Source of the DNA: an uncultured Alphaproteobacteria bacterium
Lineage (GTDB): Bacteria > Pseudomonadota > Alphaproteobacteria > SMXQ01
Reading direction: 5' to 3'
NCBI GenBank assembly: GCA_963732875.1
Contig: CAVTBD010000002.1
Location: 1,687,289 to 1,751,288, forward strand
DNA: 64,000 bases
Positions 41,887 through 53,067 of this stretch are shown piece by piece (within the stretch, counting starts at the first letter, position 1; each line of letters begins with the position of its first letter). Under the pieces are notes generated by a model. The model saw only the letters and a list, made by a program, of their open reading frames with translations, made no database searches and was not told the DNA's origin. A program made the translations under genes and the position numbers.

Positions 41887-43908
41887 AGGGAGCGGATGTC
41901 GCCGGGGCGGCCAGGGCTTCGGCGACTGCCCGCGCCAGCTCGTGGTCGCGATAGGGTTTCTTCAGGAACGGGCGTATCTCCTCGGGCCGGTCGCAGACGC
42001 CGGCCGCATAGGCCGAGGTATAGAGCACGCGCAGGCCCGGCCGGCGGGCCGTGGCCTCCCGACCGAGTTGATAGCCGTTCAGCCGTCCCGGCAACATGAG
42101 GTCGGCGAACAGAAGGTCCACTTGGGGCGCGCTTTGCAAGGTGTGCAGCGCTTCCTCCGCCCGGGTTGTCTCGATCACCTGATAGCCGAGCTCGCGCAAG
42201 GTCTTTGAAATTGCGACCCGGACTTCGCTGTCGTCCTCGACGATGAGCACCGTGGAATCCGGCCGCCGGCGGATTCCACGGTTGTGACAGCGGCATCGGC
42301 ATCGGCCGGCAGCACGACTTCGCTGCGCGGCATGCATATGCGCACACGGGTTCCCTCGCCGGGCGTACTGTCGATGAGAAGCTGTCCGCCGGACTCCTTC
42401 ACGAACCCGTAGATGGTACTGAGTCCCAGTCCGGTGCCCTGCCCCACCTCCTTGGTGGTGAAGAACGGCTCGATGGCGCGTGCCAGGACTTCCCTGGCCA
42501 TGCCTACGCCGGTATCCGCTATCTCGAGGACGACGAAGGCATCCTGGCCCGGCCGGTCCCCGAGCCCGGGAATGTCGGCCCGCCCGGCATTGAATGCGCT
42601 CACGGTGACTTGCCCACCCGCCGGCATCGCATCCCTTGCGTTGACCAGCAAATTCATCACCGCAGCTTCCATCTGCGTACGGTCGGCGAAAATCGGCCAT
42701 AGATCGTCCGCCAGGTCGAAGGCGATCTCAATCCCGCCGCCGAAGGTCCGCTCGAGTAGCTCCGTAAGCCCGTGGACGACGCTGTTAAGATCGAGCGGCA
42801 CCGGCGACAAGGGCTGATTCCGAGCGAATCCCAGCAACCGCTCGGTCAGATCGGCACAGCGGAGCGCGCCCTGCAGCGCGGAGCCGATCCGCTTCTCCGC
42901 GCGCTCGGGAAGCGCCTCGCGACGCAGTGCCGAATCCAGGCTGGCGATGACAACGGTAAGCATGTTGTTGAAATCATGTGCGATACCTCCGGTCAACTTG
43001 CCGAGGGCATCCATCTTCTGGGCTTGCAGAAGCTGCTGCTCCAGCGCGCGCCGTTCGTGCTGATCGAGCACCGCGCCAACCACCCGCGTCGGCTCGCCGG
43101 CCGCTCCTTCGATCACGACGCCATGATCGCCGAAATAGCGGTATGCCTCGTCCGCGCACCGCCAGCGGTACTCGATGGAGTAGTTCCCGCCCCGTGCCAG
43201 CGCCTCTGCCACCGCCGTGGCGTCGTCCGGGTGCACGCGCTCCATCCACAATTCCGGCGTTTTCCAGAACTGCGACGCGGGAAAACCGGTCAACCGGATC
43301 ACTTTGTCGTTCATGAACCTGCGCGCACCGGCGGCAGCCTGCTCTACCTCGTAGAGCGCGATCGGCAGCGCCCGAATGACCAACAACTCGCGCGCCTCGC
43401 TGGAACGCAGGCGACGTTCGGTCTCCAGCATGGCGGCGCGTATGTGCAGATTCTCCTCGAGAAGATGCTTTTCCTGCTCCCGCTGGCGATAGAGTTCGAT
43501 GAAAACGCGCGCCTTGCTGCGCAGCACGTGCAGGTCGAACGGCTTGAAGACGTAGTCAACCGCGCCCGCCTCGTAACCACGGAAGATGTGCGATTCCTCG
43601 GGCGCGATCGCGGTCAGGAAAATGAGAGGAATGCGCCGCGACTTTCCGCGCTCCCGGATGGCCGCAGCGACCTCGTAACCGTCCATGTCGGGCATGCGGA
43701 CATCGAGCAGGATCAGCGCAAAATCCCGCTGCAGCACATAGCGCAACGCGTCGGCGCCCGAATTTGCCACGACCACCTCGACGTCGAGATCGGCAAGGGC
43801 CTCGCTGAGCGTGAACAGGGCGGCAGAATCGTCGTCAACCACGAGGACCGCAGGCCGCGCGGGCGAACCGCCGCGACCCTGTCCTTGCCTGAGGCCGGAT
43901 ACCGTCAT
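41885..43908 (-). CDS. Hybrid sensor kinase REC-PAS-HisKA-HATPase-REC (frameshift near 42265)
   Basis: [40 protein letters not shown]; the C-terminal REC (VLIVEDD..FADLMLP..KPY) is in another frame. Confidence 0.88.
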
Positions 43909-43910
43909 CG

Positions 43911-46900
43911 TCAGTCGACGCCTTCTTCCGAATTCATGCCGACGTCAGCCTCGCGGGCATCCGTACCGCCGGGCCCGGTCTCCCGGAACAGGAAAGCGCG
44001 CAAAGTGGAGATGAGTTGGGCGGGCTCCACCGGCTTGGCCAGATAGCCGCTGGCCCCGGCATCCCGACACTTGTCGCGATCCTCCGGCATGGCCTTGGCG
44101 GTCACGGCAATCAGGGGCAGCGTCGCGAACTGCTCCATTTCCCGGACACGCTTCATGGTCTCGTAGCCGTCCATCTCCGGCATCATGATGTCCACCAGAA
44201 CCGCGTCCACGTCGGGATGCTCGCGGAGAAGGCCGATGCCGCTCCGGCCATCCTCAGCATAAACGACGTCGATGGCGAATTGTTCCAGGACGCTCGTGAG
44301 GGAATAGATGTTCCGGATGTCGTCGTCGATAATCGCCACCTTGGTGCCGGCGAGTGTCCGGTCAGAACATTCGAGCAACCTGAGCGCGTTCCGTGCCTCC
44401 TCCGGCAGATCGTCGGGATCGAGATGCAATCTCAGCGAAACCGCGTCGACGAGTTCGATTTCGGTGCTCACCGTCGTGACGTTGGCATCCCGCGTCCATG
44501 CCGTGATGCCCTCGGCTTCGACGTTCCCGTGCGGTGCCAATATCACGGAGGCCGGGGAACGGGGCCGCCTCAGGCGTGGCAGCCGCGCGAGGAAATCGGC
44601 CCGCGCCTCCGCATCCGGCGCCGATACCAGATCGATGACGACACAGTCGACGTCGTCGCGATCGAACGCTTCCTTCACCCCTTCCGGCGTGACCATCTCC
44701 ATATCGACGTCCCAGCCCCGGAACGCCCGACCGGTGCCGGCCTCGTCGGTCGTCGGCTCCGCGATGACCACGAGGCGCCGCTGCGGGCGGGCAACGAAGT
44801 CCTTGAGCCTCCCGAAGACGAGGGGAAGGGCATCGGAATCGAGCGGCACGGAGGCGACCGAAAACGCCCCCATATCGAGCGCCCGGGCACGCCGGTGATG
44901 GGCGACGAAAACGTTGACGGGCAGATGACGCACCTCGGGGGAGCGCTTGAGGCCGTCGAGGAGGGCCCAGCCATCGCTGTCGTCGTCGCCGATGTCGAAC
45001 GCCACGGCGTCGATCCTGAACCGCCGCATGGACGCCATGACGCTCCAGTTGCGCGGGGCGCGTATTCCCTTCCAGCCGTGTGCGCGCGCCACCTCCAGCA
45101 CCTCTGCCGAAAGGTTCCTGTTGTCGCTCACGATCAGCAGGGTCGGCGTCGTATCGTCGAGGCTGGTCCGGTCGTCCGGCTCGTCCTCCGGGGACGGCAT
45201 CGGCGAATCCGCGGCCTTCGGGGAAGTCAGAAGAACACGGTCGCTGCCGTGGTGCGCATCGCCCGCGCGGTCGGCGGCGTGCCGCGCCATCGGATGGAGC
45301 GGCAGGTAAAGTCTGAAGGTGCTGCCCACGCCGAGGGTGCTTTCCAGCACGATCTCGCCGCCCAGCCGGCCCGAAATCTCGCGCGAGATGGAAAGCCCGA
45401 GGCCGGTGCCGCCGTACCTGCGGTTGGTGGACCCGTCGGCCTGCTGGAACGCCTCGAACACGATCTTCTGGTTTTCCGGCGAGATGCCGATGCCGGTATC
45501 GGAGATCGCGAATTCGACCGCGTGCTCGCAACCGCCGAGCACGGGATGCTCCAGATTCCAGCCGCCCGCGGCCTGCACGATGCGCACGATGACCTCTCCT
45601 TCCGCGGTGAACTTGAAGGCGTTGGAAAGGAGGTTCAGCAGAATCTGCTGGAGCCGCATTTCGTCGGTGAAGATGCTTTCGGGAAGCTCCGGGTCGATTT
45701 CGATCCGGAAGCTGATGCCCTTTTCCGAAGCGACCAGGTCGAACGTCCGCGCGAGATAGTTACGCAATGCATCGAACCTCAGCTCGCCGATGTCCAGCGT
45801 CATGATGCCGGACTCGATCTTGGACAGGTCCAGGATGTCGTTGATCAGCGAGAGGAGATCGCTGCCCGATGACTGGATGGTCTTGGCGAACTCCACCTGC
45901 TTGCCGGTCAGGACACCATCGCGGTTGTCCGCGAGCAGCTTGGAGAGCACCAGCATGCTGTTGAGCGGCGTACGCAGCTCATGGGACATGTTCGCCAGGA
46001 ACTCGGACTTGTACTTCGACGTAAGCGCAAGCTGCTCGGCCTTCTCCTCGACCGCCATCTTGGCCATCTCGACTTCCCGGTTGGTCGCCTCGACCTGCTT
46101 CTTCTCCAGGGCGAGCAGCCTGGCCTTTTCCTGGAGCTCCTCGTTCGTGTTACGCAACTCGTCCTGTTGCAGCTTGAGAAGCTCTTCGGATTGCCGCAGG
46201 GAAGCGGCCTGCTGCTCCAGCCGCTCATTGGTATTGCGCAGCTCTTCCTGCTGGGCCTGCAGTTCACTCGTCAGGCGCTGGGACTGCTTGAGGAGTCCTT
46301 CCGTCCTCATGTTGGCTTCGATCGTGTTGAGAACGATGCCGATGCTTTCCATGAGCTGGTCGAGGAACGACAGGTGGGTTTCGTTGAAGGCACTGAACGA
46401 GGCGAGCTCGATCACCGCCTGGATATCGCCTTCGAACAGGACCGGCAGGACGACGATATTGAGGGGCTTCGCCTCCCCGAGGCCGGAGCTGATGCGGACA
46501 TAGTCGTCCGGCACCGACGTCAGCAGAATCCGCTGCTTCTCTACCGCGCACTGGCCGATCAGGCCCTCGCGCAGGCGGTACGACTTCGCACCCCCCCGAC
46601 GCGCCTTGAAGGCGTAGCTCGCGAACCTCTCGAGGACCGTTTCGCCGGCCGCGCCCTCCTCCTTGCGCGCCACGTAGAAGATGCCCTGCTGCGCCTCGAC
46701 CAGCGGTGCGAGCTCGGACAGCACGAGGTTGGAAACCGTGACCAGATCGCGTTCGCCCTGCAGAAGGCGGGTGAAGCGCGCGATATTGGTCTTCAGCCAG
46801 TCCTGTTCGGTGTTCTTGAGCGTGGTATCCTTGAGGTTGCGTATCATCTCGTTGATGTTGTCTTTCAGCGCCGCGACCTCGCCCAACGCCTCCACCGTGA

Positions 46901-49505
46901 TGGACCGGGTCAGGTCGCCCTTGGTCACCGCCGTGGCAACCTCGGCGATGGCGCGGACCTGGGTCGTCAGGTTCGCGGCCAGCTGGTTCACGTTGTCGGT
47001 GAGGGCGCGCCACAGGCCGGCGGCGCCGGGCACGCGTGCCTGGCCGCCGAGCTTGCCTTCGATGCCCACTTCGCGCGCGACGTTGGTGACCTGGTCGCCG
47101 AAGGTCGCGAGCGTGTCGATCATCCCGTTGATCGTATCGGCCAGCGCCGCGATCTCGCCCTTGGCGTCCACGGCCAGTTTGTGGGTGAGATCGCCGCAGG
47201 CGACCGCGGTCACCACGTCCGCGATACCGCGCACCTGACCGGTAAGGTTGGTGGCCATGGCGTTCACGTTGTCGGTCAGGTCCTTCCACGTGCCCGCGAC
47301 CCCGGTCACCTGCGCCTGGCCGCCGAGCTTGCCTTCCGTGCCCACCTCGCGCGCCACGCGCGTCACTTCCGAGGCGAAGGAGTTGAGCTGGTCCAGCATG
47401 GTGTTGATGGTGTCCTTGAGCTCGAGGATCTCGCCCTTCACGTCCACCGTGATCTTCTTCGACAGGTCGCCGTTGGCGACCGCGGTCGTGACCTCGGCGA
47501 TGTTGCGCACCTGGCTGGTCAGGTTGGTCGCCATGGCGTTCACGTTGTCGGTCAGGTCCTTCCACGTGCCGGCAACGCCGGTCACCTGCGCCTGGCCGCC
47601 GAGCTTGCCTTCCGTGCCCACCTCGCGCGCCACGCGCGTCACTTCCGAGGCGAACGACGAAAGTTGCCCCACCATGGTGTTGATGGTGTCCTTGAGCTCG
47701 AGAATCTCGCCCTTCACGTCCACCGTGATCTTCTTCGACAGGTCGCCGCGCGCGACCGCGGTCGTCACCTCGGCGATGTTGCGCACCTGACCGGTCAGGT
47801 TGGTCGCCATGGCGTTCACGTTGTCGGTCAGGTCCTTCCACGTGCCGCCCACGCCCTCCACCCGTGCCTGGCCGCCGAGCTTGCCTTCCGTGCCCACCTC
47901 TCGCGCCACGCGCGTCACTTCCGCCGCGAACGACGAAAGCTGGTCCACCATGGTGTTGATGGTGTTCTTGAGCTCGAGGATTTCGCCACGCACGTCCACC
48001 GTGATCTTCTTCGACAGGTCACCGCGCGCGACCGCGGTCGTCACCTCGGCGATGTTGCGCACCTGGCTGGTCAGGTTGGTCGCCATGGCGTTCACGTTGT
48101 CGGTCAGGTCCTTCCACGTGCCGGCAACGCCGGTCACCTGCGCCTGGCCGCCGAGCTTGCCTTCCGTGCCCACCTCGCGCGCCACGCGCGTCACTTCCGC
48201 CGCGAACGACGAAAGTTGCCCCACCATGGTGTTGATGGTGTCCTTGAGCTCGAGGATCTCGCCCTTCACGTCCACCGTGATCTTCTTCGACAGGTCGCCG
48301 TTGGCGACCGCGGTCGTGACCTCGGCGATGTTGCGCACCTGGCTGGTCAGGTTGGTCGCCATCAGGTTCACGTTGTCGGTCAGGTCCTTCCACGTGCCGG
48401 CAACGCCTTTCACCTGCGCCTGGCCGCCGAGCTTGCCTTCCGTGCCCACCTCGCGCGCCACGCGCGTCACTTCCGCCGCGAACGACGAGAGCTGTCCCAC
48501 CATGGTGTTGACCACCTGCCCGATGCGCAGGAACTCGCCGCGCAACGGGCGGCCGTCGATCTCCAGCATCATGGTCTGGGTGAGGTCGCCGCGCGCGACC
48601 GCGGTCGTCACCTCGGCGATGTTGCGCACCTGACCGGTCAGGTTGGTCGCCATGGCGTTCACGTTGTCGGTCAGGTCCTTCCACGTGCCGCCCACGCCCT
48701 CCACCCGTGCCTGGCCGCCGAGCTTGCCTTCCGTGCCCACCTCGCGCGCCACGCGCGTCACTTCCGCCGCGAACGACGAAAGCTGGTCCACCATGGTGTT
48801 GATGGTGTTCTTGAGCTCGAGGATTTCGCCACGCACGTCCACCGTGATCTTCTTCGACAGGTCACCGCGCGCGACCGCGGTCGTCACCTCGGCGATGTTG
48901 CGCACCTGGCTGGTCAGGTTGGTCGCCATCAGGTTCACGTTGTCGGTCAGGTCCTTCCACGTGCCGGCGCCGCCCTTCACTTTCGCCTGGCCGCCGAGCT
49001 TGCCTTCCGTGCCCACCTCGCGCGCCACGCGCGTCACCTCCGCCGCGAACGACGAAAGCTGGTCCACCATGGTGTTCACGACCTTGCCGATGCGCAGGAA
49101 CTCGCCGCGCAGAGGACGACCATCGGTATCGAGATTCATGCGCTGGGTGAGGTCGCCCTTGGCGACGGCGCCGATAACCCGCGCGACCTCCACGGTGGGA
49201 TGGGTCATGTCGCCGATGAGGTCGTTGACTGCATCGACCGAGCTCTGCCAACCGCCCCTGGCACCAGCCATGCGGGCACGCTGGTTGATCTTGCCTTCCT
49301 TGCCCACTGCCGTGCCGAGGCGCGTGAGCTCTTTCGTGAGTTCGTAGTTGAGCTCGACGACGTCGTTGAAGGCCTGGGCGATCTCGCCCTCTATTCCCGT
49401 GTAACTGAGGGACAGGCGCGCCGTGAAATCGCCCTTGCGAAAGGCACGTAGCGCTTCAAGAAGTTGACGGCTGTCCAAGGACTCGAGAGTTCCCGCATCA
49501 GGCAT
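43911..49505 (-). CDS. Poly-HAMP hybrid histidine kinase (HAMP array-GAF-HisKA-HATPase-3xREC)
   Basis: Eight EGKLGGQA-containing ~92-aa repeats, [24 protein letters not shown], intact terminal REC (DIMMPEMDG...KP). Confidence 0.93.
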   Translation of the reverse strand: MPDAGTLESLDSRQLLEALRAFRKGDFTARLSLSYTGIEGEIAQAFNDVVELNYELTKELTRLGTAVGKEGKINQRARMAGARGGWQSSVDAVNDLIGDMTHPTVEVARVIGAVAKGDLTQRMNLDTDGRPLRGEFLRIGKVVNTMVDQLSSFAAEVTRVAREVGTEGKLGGQAKVKGGAGTWKDLTDNVNLMATNLTSQVRNIAEVTTAVARGDLSKKITVDVRGEILELKNTINTMVDQLSSFAAEVTRVAREVGTEGKLGGQARVEGVGGTWKDLTDNVNAMATNLTGQVRNIAEVTTAVARGDLTQTMMLEIDGRPLRGEFLRIGQVVNTMVGQLSSFAAEVTRVAREVGTEGKLGGQAQVKGVAGTWKDLTDNVNLMATNLTSQVRNIAEVTTAVANGDLSKKITVDVKGEILELKDTINTMVGQLSSFAAEVTRVAREVGTEGKLGGQAQVTGVAGTWKDLTDNVNAMATNLTSQVRNIAEVTTAVARGDLSKKITVDVRGEILELKNTINTMVDQLSSFAAEVTRVAREVGTEGKLGGQARVEGVGGTWKDLTDNVNAMATNLTGQVRNIAEVTTAVARGDLSKKITVDVKGEILELKDTINTMVGQLSSFASEVTRVAREVGTEGKLGGQAQVTGVAGTWKDLTDNVNAMATNLTSQVRNIAEVTTAVANGDLSKKITVDVKGEILELKDTINTMLDQLNSFASEVTRVAREVGTEGKLGGQAQVTGVAGTWKDLTDNVNAMATNLTGQVRGIADVVTAVACGDLTHKLAVDAKGEIAALADTINGMIDTLATFGDQVTNVAREVGIEGKLGGQARVPGAAGLWRALTDNVNQLAANLTTQVRAIAEVATAVTKGDLTRSITVEALGEVAALKDNINEMIRNLKDTTLKNTEQDWLKTNIARFTRLLQGERDLVTVSNLVLSELAPLVEAQQGIFYVARKEEGAAGETVLERFASYAFKARRGGAKSYRLREGLIGQCAVEKQRILLTSVPDDYVRISSGLGEAKPLNIVVLPVLFEGDIQAVIELASFSAFNETHLSFLDQLMESIGIVLNTIEANMRTEGLLKQSQRLTSELQAQQEELRNTNERLEQQAASLRQSEELLKLQQDELRNTNEELQEKARLLALEKKQVEATNREVEMAKMAVEEKAEQLALTSKYKSEFLANMSHELRTPLNSMLVLSKLLADNRDGVLTGKQVEFAKTIQSSGSDLLSLINDILDLSKIESGIMTLDIGELRFDALRNYLARTFDLVASEKGISFRIEIDPELPESIFTDEMRLQQILLNLLSNAFKFTAEGEVIVRIVQAAGGWNLEHPVLGGCEHAVEFAISDTGIGISPENQKIVFEAFQQADGSTNRRYGGTGLGLSISREISGRLGGEIVLESTLGVGSTFRLYLPLHPMARHAADRAGDAHHGSDRVLLTSPKAADSPMPSPEDEPDDRTSLDDTTPTLLIVSDNRNLSAEVLEVARAHGWKGIRAPRNWSVMASMRRFRIDAVAFDIGDDDSDGWALLDGLKRSPEVRHLPVNVFVAHHRRARALDMGAFSVASVPLDSDALPLVFGRLKDFVARPQRRLVVIAEPTTDEAGTGRAFRGWDVDMEMVTPEGVKEAFDRDDVDCVVIDLVSAPDAEARADFLARLPRLRRPRSPASVILAPHGNVEAEGITAWTRDANVTTVSTEIELVDAVSLRLHLDPDDLPEEARNALRLLECSDRTLAGTKVAIIDDDIRNIYSLTSVLEQFAIDVVYAEDGRSGIGLLREHPDVDAVLVDIMMPEMDGYETMKRVREMEQFATLPLIAVTAKAMPEDRDKCRDAGASGYLAKPVEPAQLISTLRAFLFRETGPGGTDAREADVGMNSEEGVD
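47030..49170. repeat. Tandem ~276-bp coding repeats (HAMP pairs)
   Basis: tggccgccgagcttgccttccgtgcccacctc and gttcacgttgtcggtcaggtccttccacgtgcc recur at ~276-291 bp spacing. Confidence 0.92.
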
Positions 49506-49945
49506 AGAAAACCTCCCAACGCCACCGCGGCCCCCCTCCGCACCGGCGTGTTCAATTCTGTTAGCCCTGCACGTCCTCTTCGGTTCCGGTGCGGCAACAC
49601 CGCACGGGATATCCCCATATCCCCTGCGGTCACGTGTCCTCCGGCCACTCTCCTGACGCCACCCACCATTACGGAGAATGCGGCGTTAGAATACTCTAAG
49701 CTACTGACTTACAACACAAATGTTACCATCCCACCGCACCTGACGTGCGCGAAGCAACAAAAGCTCATATCTCCATATTATCCCGGTATGTAGTCCGGAC
49801 TTGAATGATGCCAAAGTTCCAATGCAGTGAAAAGGCATTAATTTTCACTGGCGGCCAAATGTAAGCTACTAAATCATAAGCACTCGACTACCCGTACCAA
49901 AGCACGCGATTCCACAAACCGGCCGTTCAACAAAGGCGTGTCCGG

Positions 49946-50398
49946 TCAAATACCATCATCGGGCCGACCGTCGGCCCGTTCATCAGCGTTGTTATGGGAT
50001 CGCTCCACCAGCAACGCGGCGATAGCGGTCTGCAACGCCTCGAAATTGGTCGGTTTCTCGAAAGCCGGGACATCGGGGAACCGCGTCTGGAGTTCCGTGA
50101 GCTTGCGGTAACCGGACAGGAACACGAACGGAATGTCGCGTTCACGAAGCGCTTCCGCGAGCGGATGGACGCTGCGTCCGCGCAGGCTCGCGTCCAGCAG
50201 GGCAAGATCGAAGCTCTCGCTTTCGATCAACGCCAGGCCTTCTTCCAGGCTGGTCGCCGGCCCTACCGCTTCTGCGCCCATGTCGCACAGCGACTGTTCC
50301 AGCACCTCGGCCAGAAGGAAATCGTCCTCCACTACGAGGATTCTCGTGCCCGAGATGTCCGCCGCCCCACCGTGCGGTTCCCGTAATGACCCCGGCAT
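49946..50398 (-). CDS. Single-domain response regulator
   Basis: ILVVEDD, ALLDASL, FLSGY, EKP. Confidence 0.85.
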   Translation of the reverse strand: MPGSLREPHGGAADISGTRILVVEDDFLLAEVLEQSLCDMGAEAVGPATSLEEGLALIESESFDLALLDASLRGRSVHPLAEALRERDIPFVFLSGYRKLTELQTRFPDVPAFEKPTNFEALQTAIAALLVERSHNNADERADGRPDDGI

Positions 50399-50601
50399 GC
50401 TCCCGCTCCGCAGCTTGTCTTCTACGTCAGCCGTTTCGCACCCCGGCGGTAGAACCGGGCCTCAGAACTCCGCAAGCAATTAAATCAAATAGGTATGTAA
50501 GTAATAATACATCAGCATTTACGAACCGTGTCAGAAACGCAAGAGGCATCGTCGGCGTTTCTGACACGCTGGAGTTTGAACCTTAGCCCAAAGATATGGG
50601 A

Positions 50602-50688
50602 TGGTGCCCCCGGGGAGACTCGAACTCCCACGTCCTTGCGAACAACAGATTTTGAGTTTGCCGCGTCTACCGGTTCCGCCACAGGGGC
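50602..50688 (-). tRNA. tRNA-Leu(CAA)
   Basis: 87 nt GCCCCTG...CGGGGGC-ACCA, anticodon loop CTCAAAA, long variable arm, GTTCGAGTC T-loop; one A-C mismatch in the anticodon stem. Confidence 0.95.
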
Positions 50689-50774
50689 CCGCGCGGGAAG
50701 ATAGGCGCTCGTGCGCGGCGCGGCAACACGCGCGGCGTCCCGTCAGCCCAAACTTCCGTCGGCGCAGGCCCCCG

Positions 50775-50990
50775 TCAACGCAGGCCGATAAGACGCCGCA
50801 GGACCACGCCCAGCGAGCGGCGCGGCGGATCGGCCGCCGGGGCCGGCGCCGCCGGCGCGGGGTCGGCGACGTCTTCTGCCGCCGCCGGGTCCGCCGGCAG
50901 TGTCGTGTAGGCGTGGGAGCCGTCGCACCAGGGATAGGCGGCGCTCCGTCCGCAGTAGCAGCGATTGGCCATTCGTGTGTGTCCATCCAC
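50775..50990 (-). CDS. Small CDGSH iron-sulfur domain protein
   Basis: CYCGRSAAYPWCDGSH matches C-x-C-x2-S-x3-P-x-CDGSH. Confidence 0.8.
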   Translation of the reverse strand: MDGHTRMANRCYCGRSAAYPWCDGSHAYTTLPADPAAAEDVADPAPAAPAPAADPPRRSLGVVLRRLIGLR

Positions 50991-51091
50991 CCCACATTAC
51001 GGGGCCACACATTACGGGCAGGTCCCGCGGGCGGCAACATGGGCGACGGTGCGCTTGCCCGCCGTCGCGCCCGGCGTGCTAGTCTGCCGCC

Positions 51092-51463
51092 ATGGACGCG
51101 AAACCGGATACCGCCTCCCTCGATCCCGCCGTCATAGCTGCGTGGCACGCGCACATCTACTACGACCCGGCCACGACCAAGGACCGGGCCGCGCGGCTGC
51201 GCGACAAGATCGCCGCCGCCTTTCCCGATGCCCTGATCGGGCGCTGGCACGACACCCTGGTCGGGCCCCACACGCGCGCCATGTATCAGGTCGCCTTCGC
51301 CGCCGACCTGTTCGCCCGGTTCGTGCCGTGGCTCGCGATCCACCGCGACGGGCTCGCCATCCTGGTCCATGCCGATTCCACCGGCGACCACAAGAAGGAC
51401 CACACCGACCACGCCATCTGGATGGGCGAGGTCCTGCCGGTCAACACCAGCAACTGGGACTGA
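51092..51463 (+). CDS. DOPA 4,5-dioxygenase family protein
   Basis: WHAHIYYD, VGPHTRAMYQ, LAILVH, DHTDHAIWMG. Confidence 0.88.
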   Translation: MDAKPDTASLDPAVIAAWHAHIYYDPATTKDRAARLRDKIAAAFPDALIGRWHDTLVGPHTRAMYQVAFAADLFARFVPWLAIHRDGLAILVHADSTGDHKKDHTDHAIWMGEVLPVNTSNWD

Positions 51464-51627
51464 TCCCCGCGCGCGATTCCGTCCGCGCGACCGCCGCCGT
51501 CAAGGGGCCGGCTTGCGCTGCCCGCGCGAATCGGGCTCTAATGGCCGCGCGCGCAAGCCTTTTCCAAGGGCATTTACGGGGCAAATTCAAGGAGATCGGG
51601 AACCACACCGGCACGGTACGGAGGGTC

Positions 51628-53067
51628 ATGGCGGCAGGTAAATTCTTCGACGAAATGCATGGCACCGATGAAGCGGTGCGCCAATCATACGATGCCATCG
51701 CCAATTGGCTCCATGCCATCTCCAGGCGCGAGCTGAGCGCCAAGCGCAAGGAGGCGGAAGTGCTGTTCCGCCGCATGGGGATCACCTTCCTGGTCTACGG
51801 CACCGGCGCCTCCAACGAGCGCCTGATCCCGTTCGACCTGATTCCGCGGGTGCTTACCCAAGACGAATGGTCGGTGATCGAGCGCGGTTGCGTGCAGCGC
51901 GTGCGCGCCATCAACGCCTTCCTGCACGACATCTACCACGGCCAGGAGATCATCAAGGCCGGCAGGATTCCCGCCGAGAAGGTGCTGACCAACTCGCGTT
52001 ACCGCCCAGAGATGCAGGACCTCGACGTGCCGGGCGATATCTACGTTCACATCACCGGCATCGACCTGGTGCGTACCGGCGAGCGCGAGTTCTACGTGCT
52101 CGAGGACAACCTGCGCAATCCGTCCGGCGTCAGCTACATGATGGAGAACCGCGAGGTGATGATGCGGCTGTTCCCGTCGCTGTTCTCGGGCAACCGCATC
52201 CTGCCGGTGAACAACTATCCTGAGCTGCTGCTCGAGAACCTGCGCGCGGTCGCGCCGCGCGGCGTGAGCTGGCCGACGGTCGCGCTGCTGACGCCCGGCA
52301 TCTACAACTCGGCCTATTTCGAGCACGTGTTCCTGGCCGACGAGATGGGCGTCGAGCTGGTCGAGGGCCAGGACATGTTCGTCAAGGACGACCAGGTGTT
52401 CATGCGCACCACCCATGGCCCGGTGCGGGTCGACGTGATCTACCGGCGCATCGACGACGATTTCGTCGATCCGCTGGCGTTCAACGCCGACTCCATGCTG
52501 GGGGTGCCCGGGCTGCTGTCGGCCTACCGCGCCGGCGGCGTGACGCTCGCCAACGCCATCGGCACCGGCGTCGCCGACGACAAGGCCATGTACATCCACG
52601 TGCCCGACATGATCGAGTTCTACCTGGGCGAGACGCCGATACTCTCCAACGTGCCGACCTACGCCCTGCGCAAGCCCGACGACCTCAAGTACGCGCTCGA
52701 CCACCTGGACGAGCTGGTGGTCAAGGAGGTGGGCGGCGCCGGCGGCTACGGCATGCTGGTGGGCCCGGCCGCCACCAAGGCCGAGATCGCCGCCTACCGC
52801 CAGCGCATCCTGTCCGATCCCGCCAACTTCATCGCCCAGCCGACGCTGTCGCTGTCCACCTGCCCGACCTTCACCGACAAGGGGATCGCGCCGCGCCACG
52901 TCGACCTGCGGCCCTACGTGCTGATGGGCCCGAACGCGGTCACGGTCGTGCCCGGCGGGCTCACCCGGGTGGCGCTGCGCGAGGGCTCGCTGGTGGTCAA
53001 CTCCTCCCAGGGCGGCGGCACCAAGGACACATGGGTGCTGCGCGCCGGCGCGGGAGGCACGTCATGA
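51628..53067 (+). CDS. Circularly permuted type 2 ATP-grasp protein
   Basis: GITF.VY, ERLIPFDLIPR, VLEDN.R.PSGVSY, YRRIDDDF, GVADDK, LVVNSSQGGGTKDTWV. Confidence 0.93.
   Translation: MAAGKFFDEMHGTDEAVRQSYDAIANWLHAISRRELSAKRKEAEVLFRRMGITFLVYGTGASNERLIPFDLIPRVLTQDEWSVIERGCVQRVRAINAFLHDIYHGQEIIKAGRIPAEKVLTNSRYRPEMQDLDVPGDIYVHITGIDLVRTGEREFYVLEDNLRNPSGVSYMMENREVMMRLFPSLFSGNRILPVNNYPELLLENLRAVAPRGVSWPTVALLTPGIYNSAYFEHVFLADEMGVELVEGQDMFVKDDQVFMRTTHGPVRVDVIYRRIDDDFVDPLAFNADSMLGVPGLLSAYRAGGVTLANAIGTGVADDKAMYIHVPDMIEFYLGETPILSNVPTYALRKPDDLKYALDHLDELVVKEVGGAGGYGMLVGPAATKAEIAAYRQRILSDPANFIAQPTLSLSTCPTFTDKGIAPRHVDLRPYVLMGPNAVTVVPGGLTRVALREGSLVVNSSQGGGTKDTWVLRAGAGGTS

Noticed and set aside
47030-49170. 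Regular repeats as a CRISPR array or non-coding tandem repeat
   Set aside because: Units are ~276 bp, in frame, and encode HAMP domains; there are no unique spacers or cas genes.
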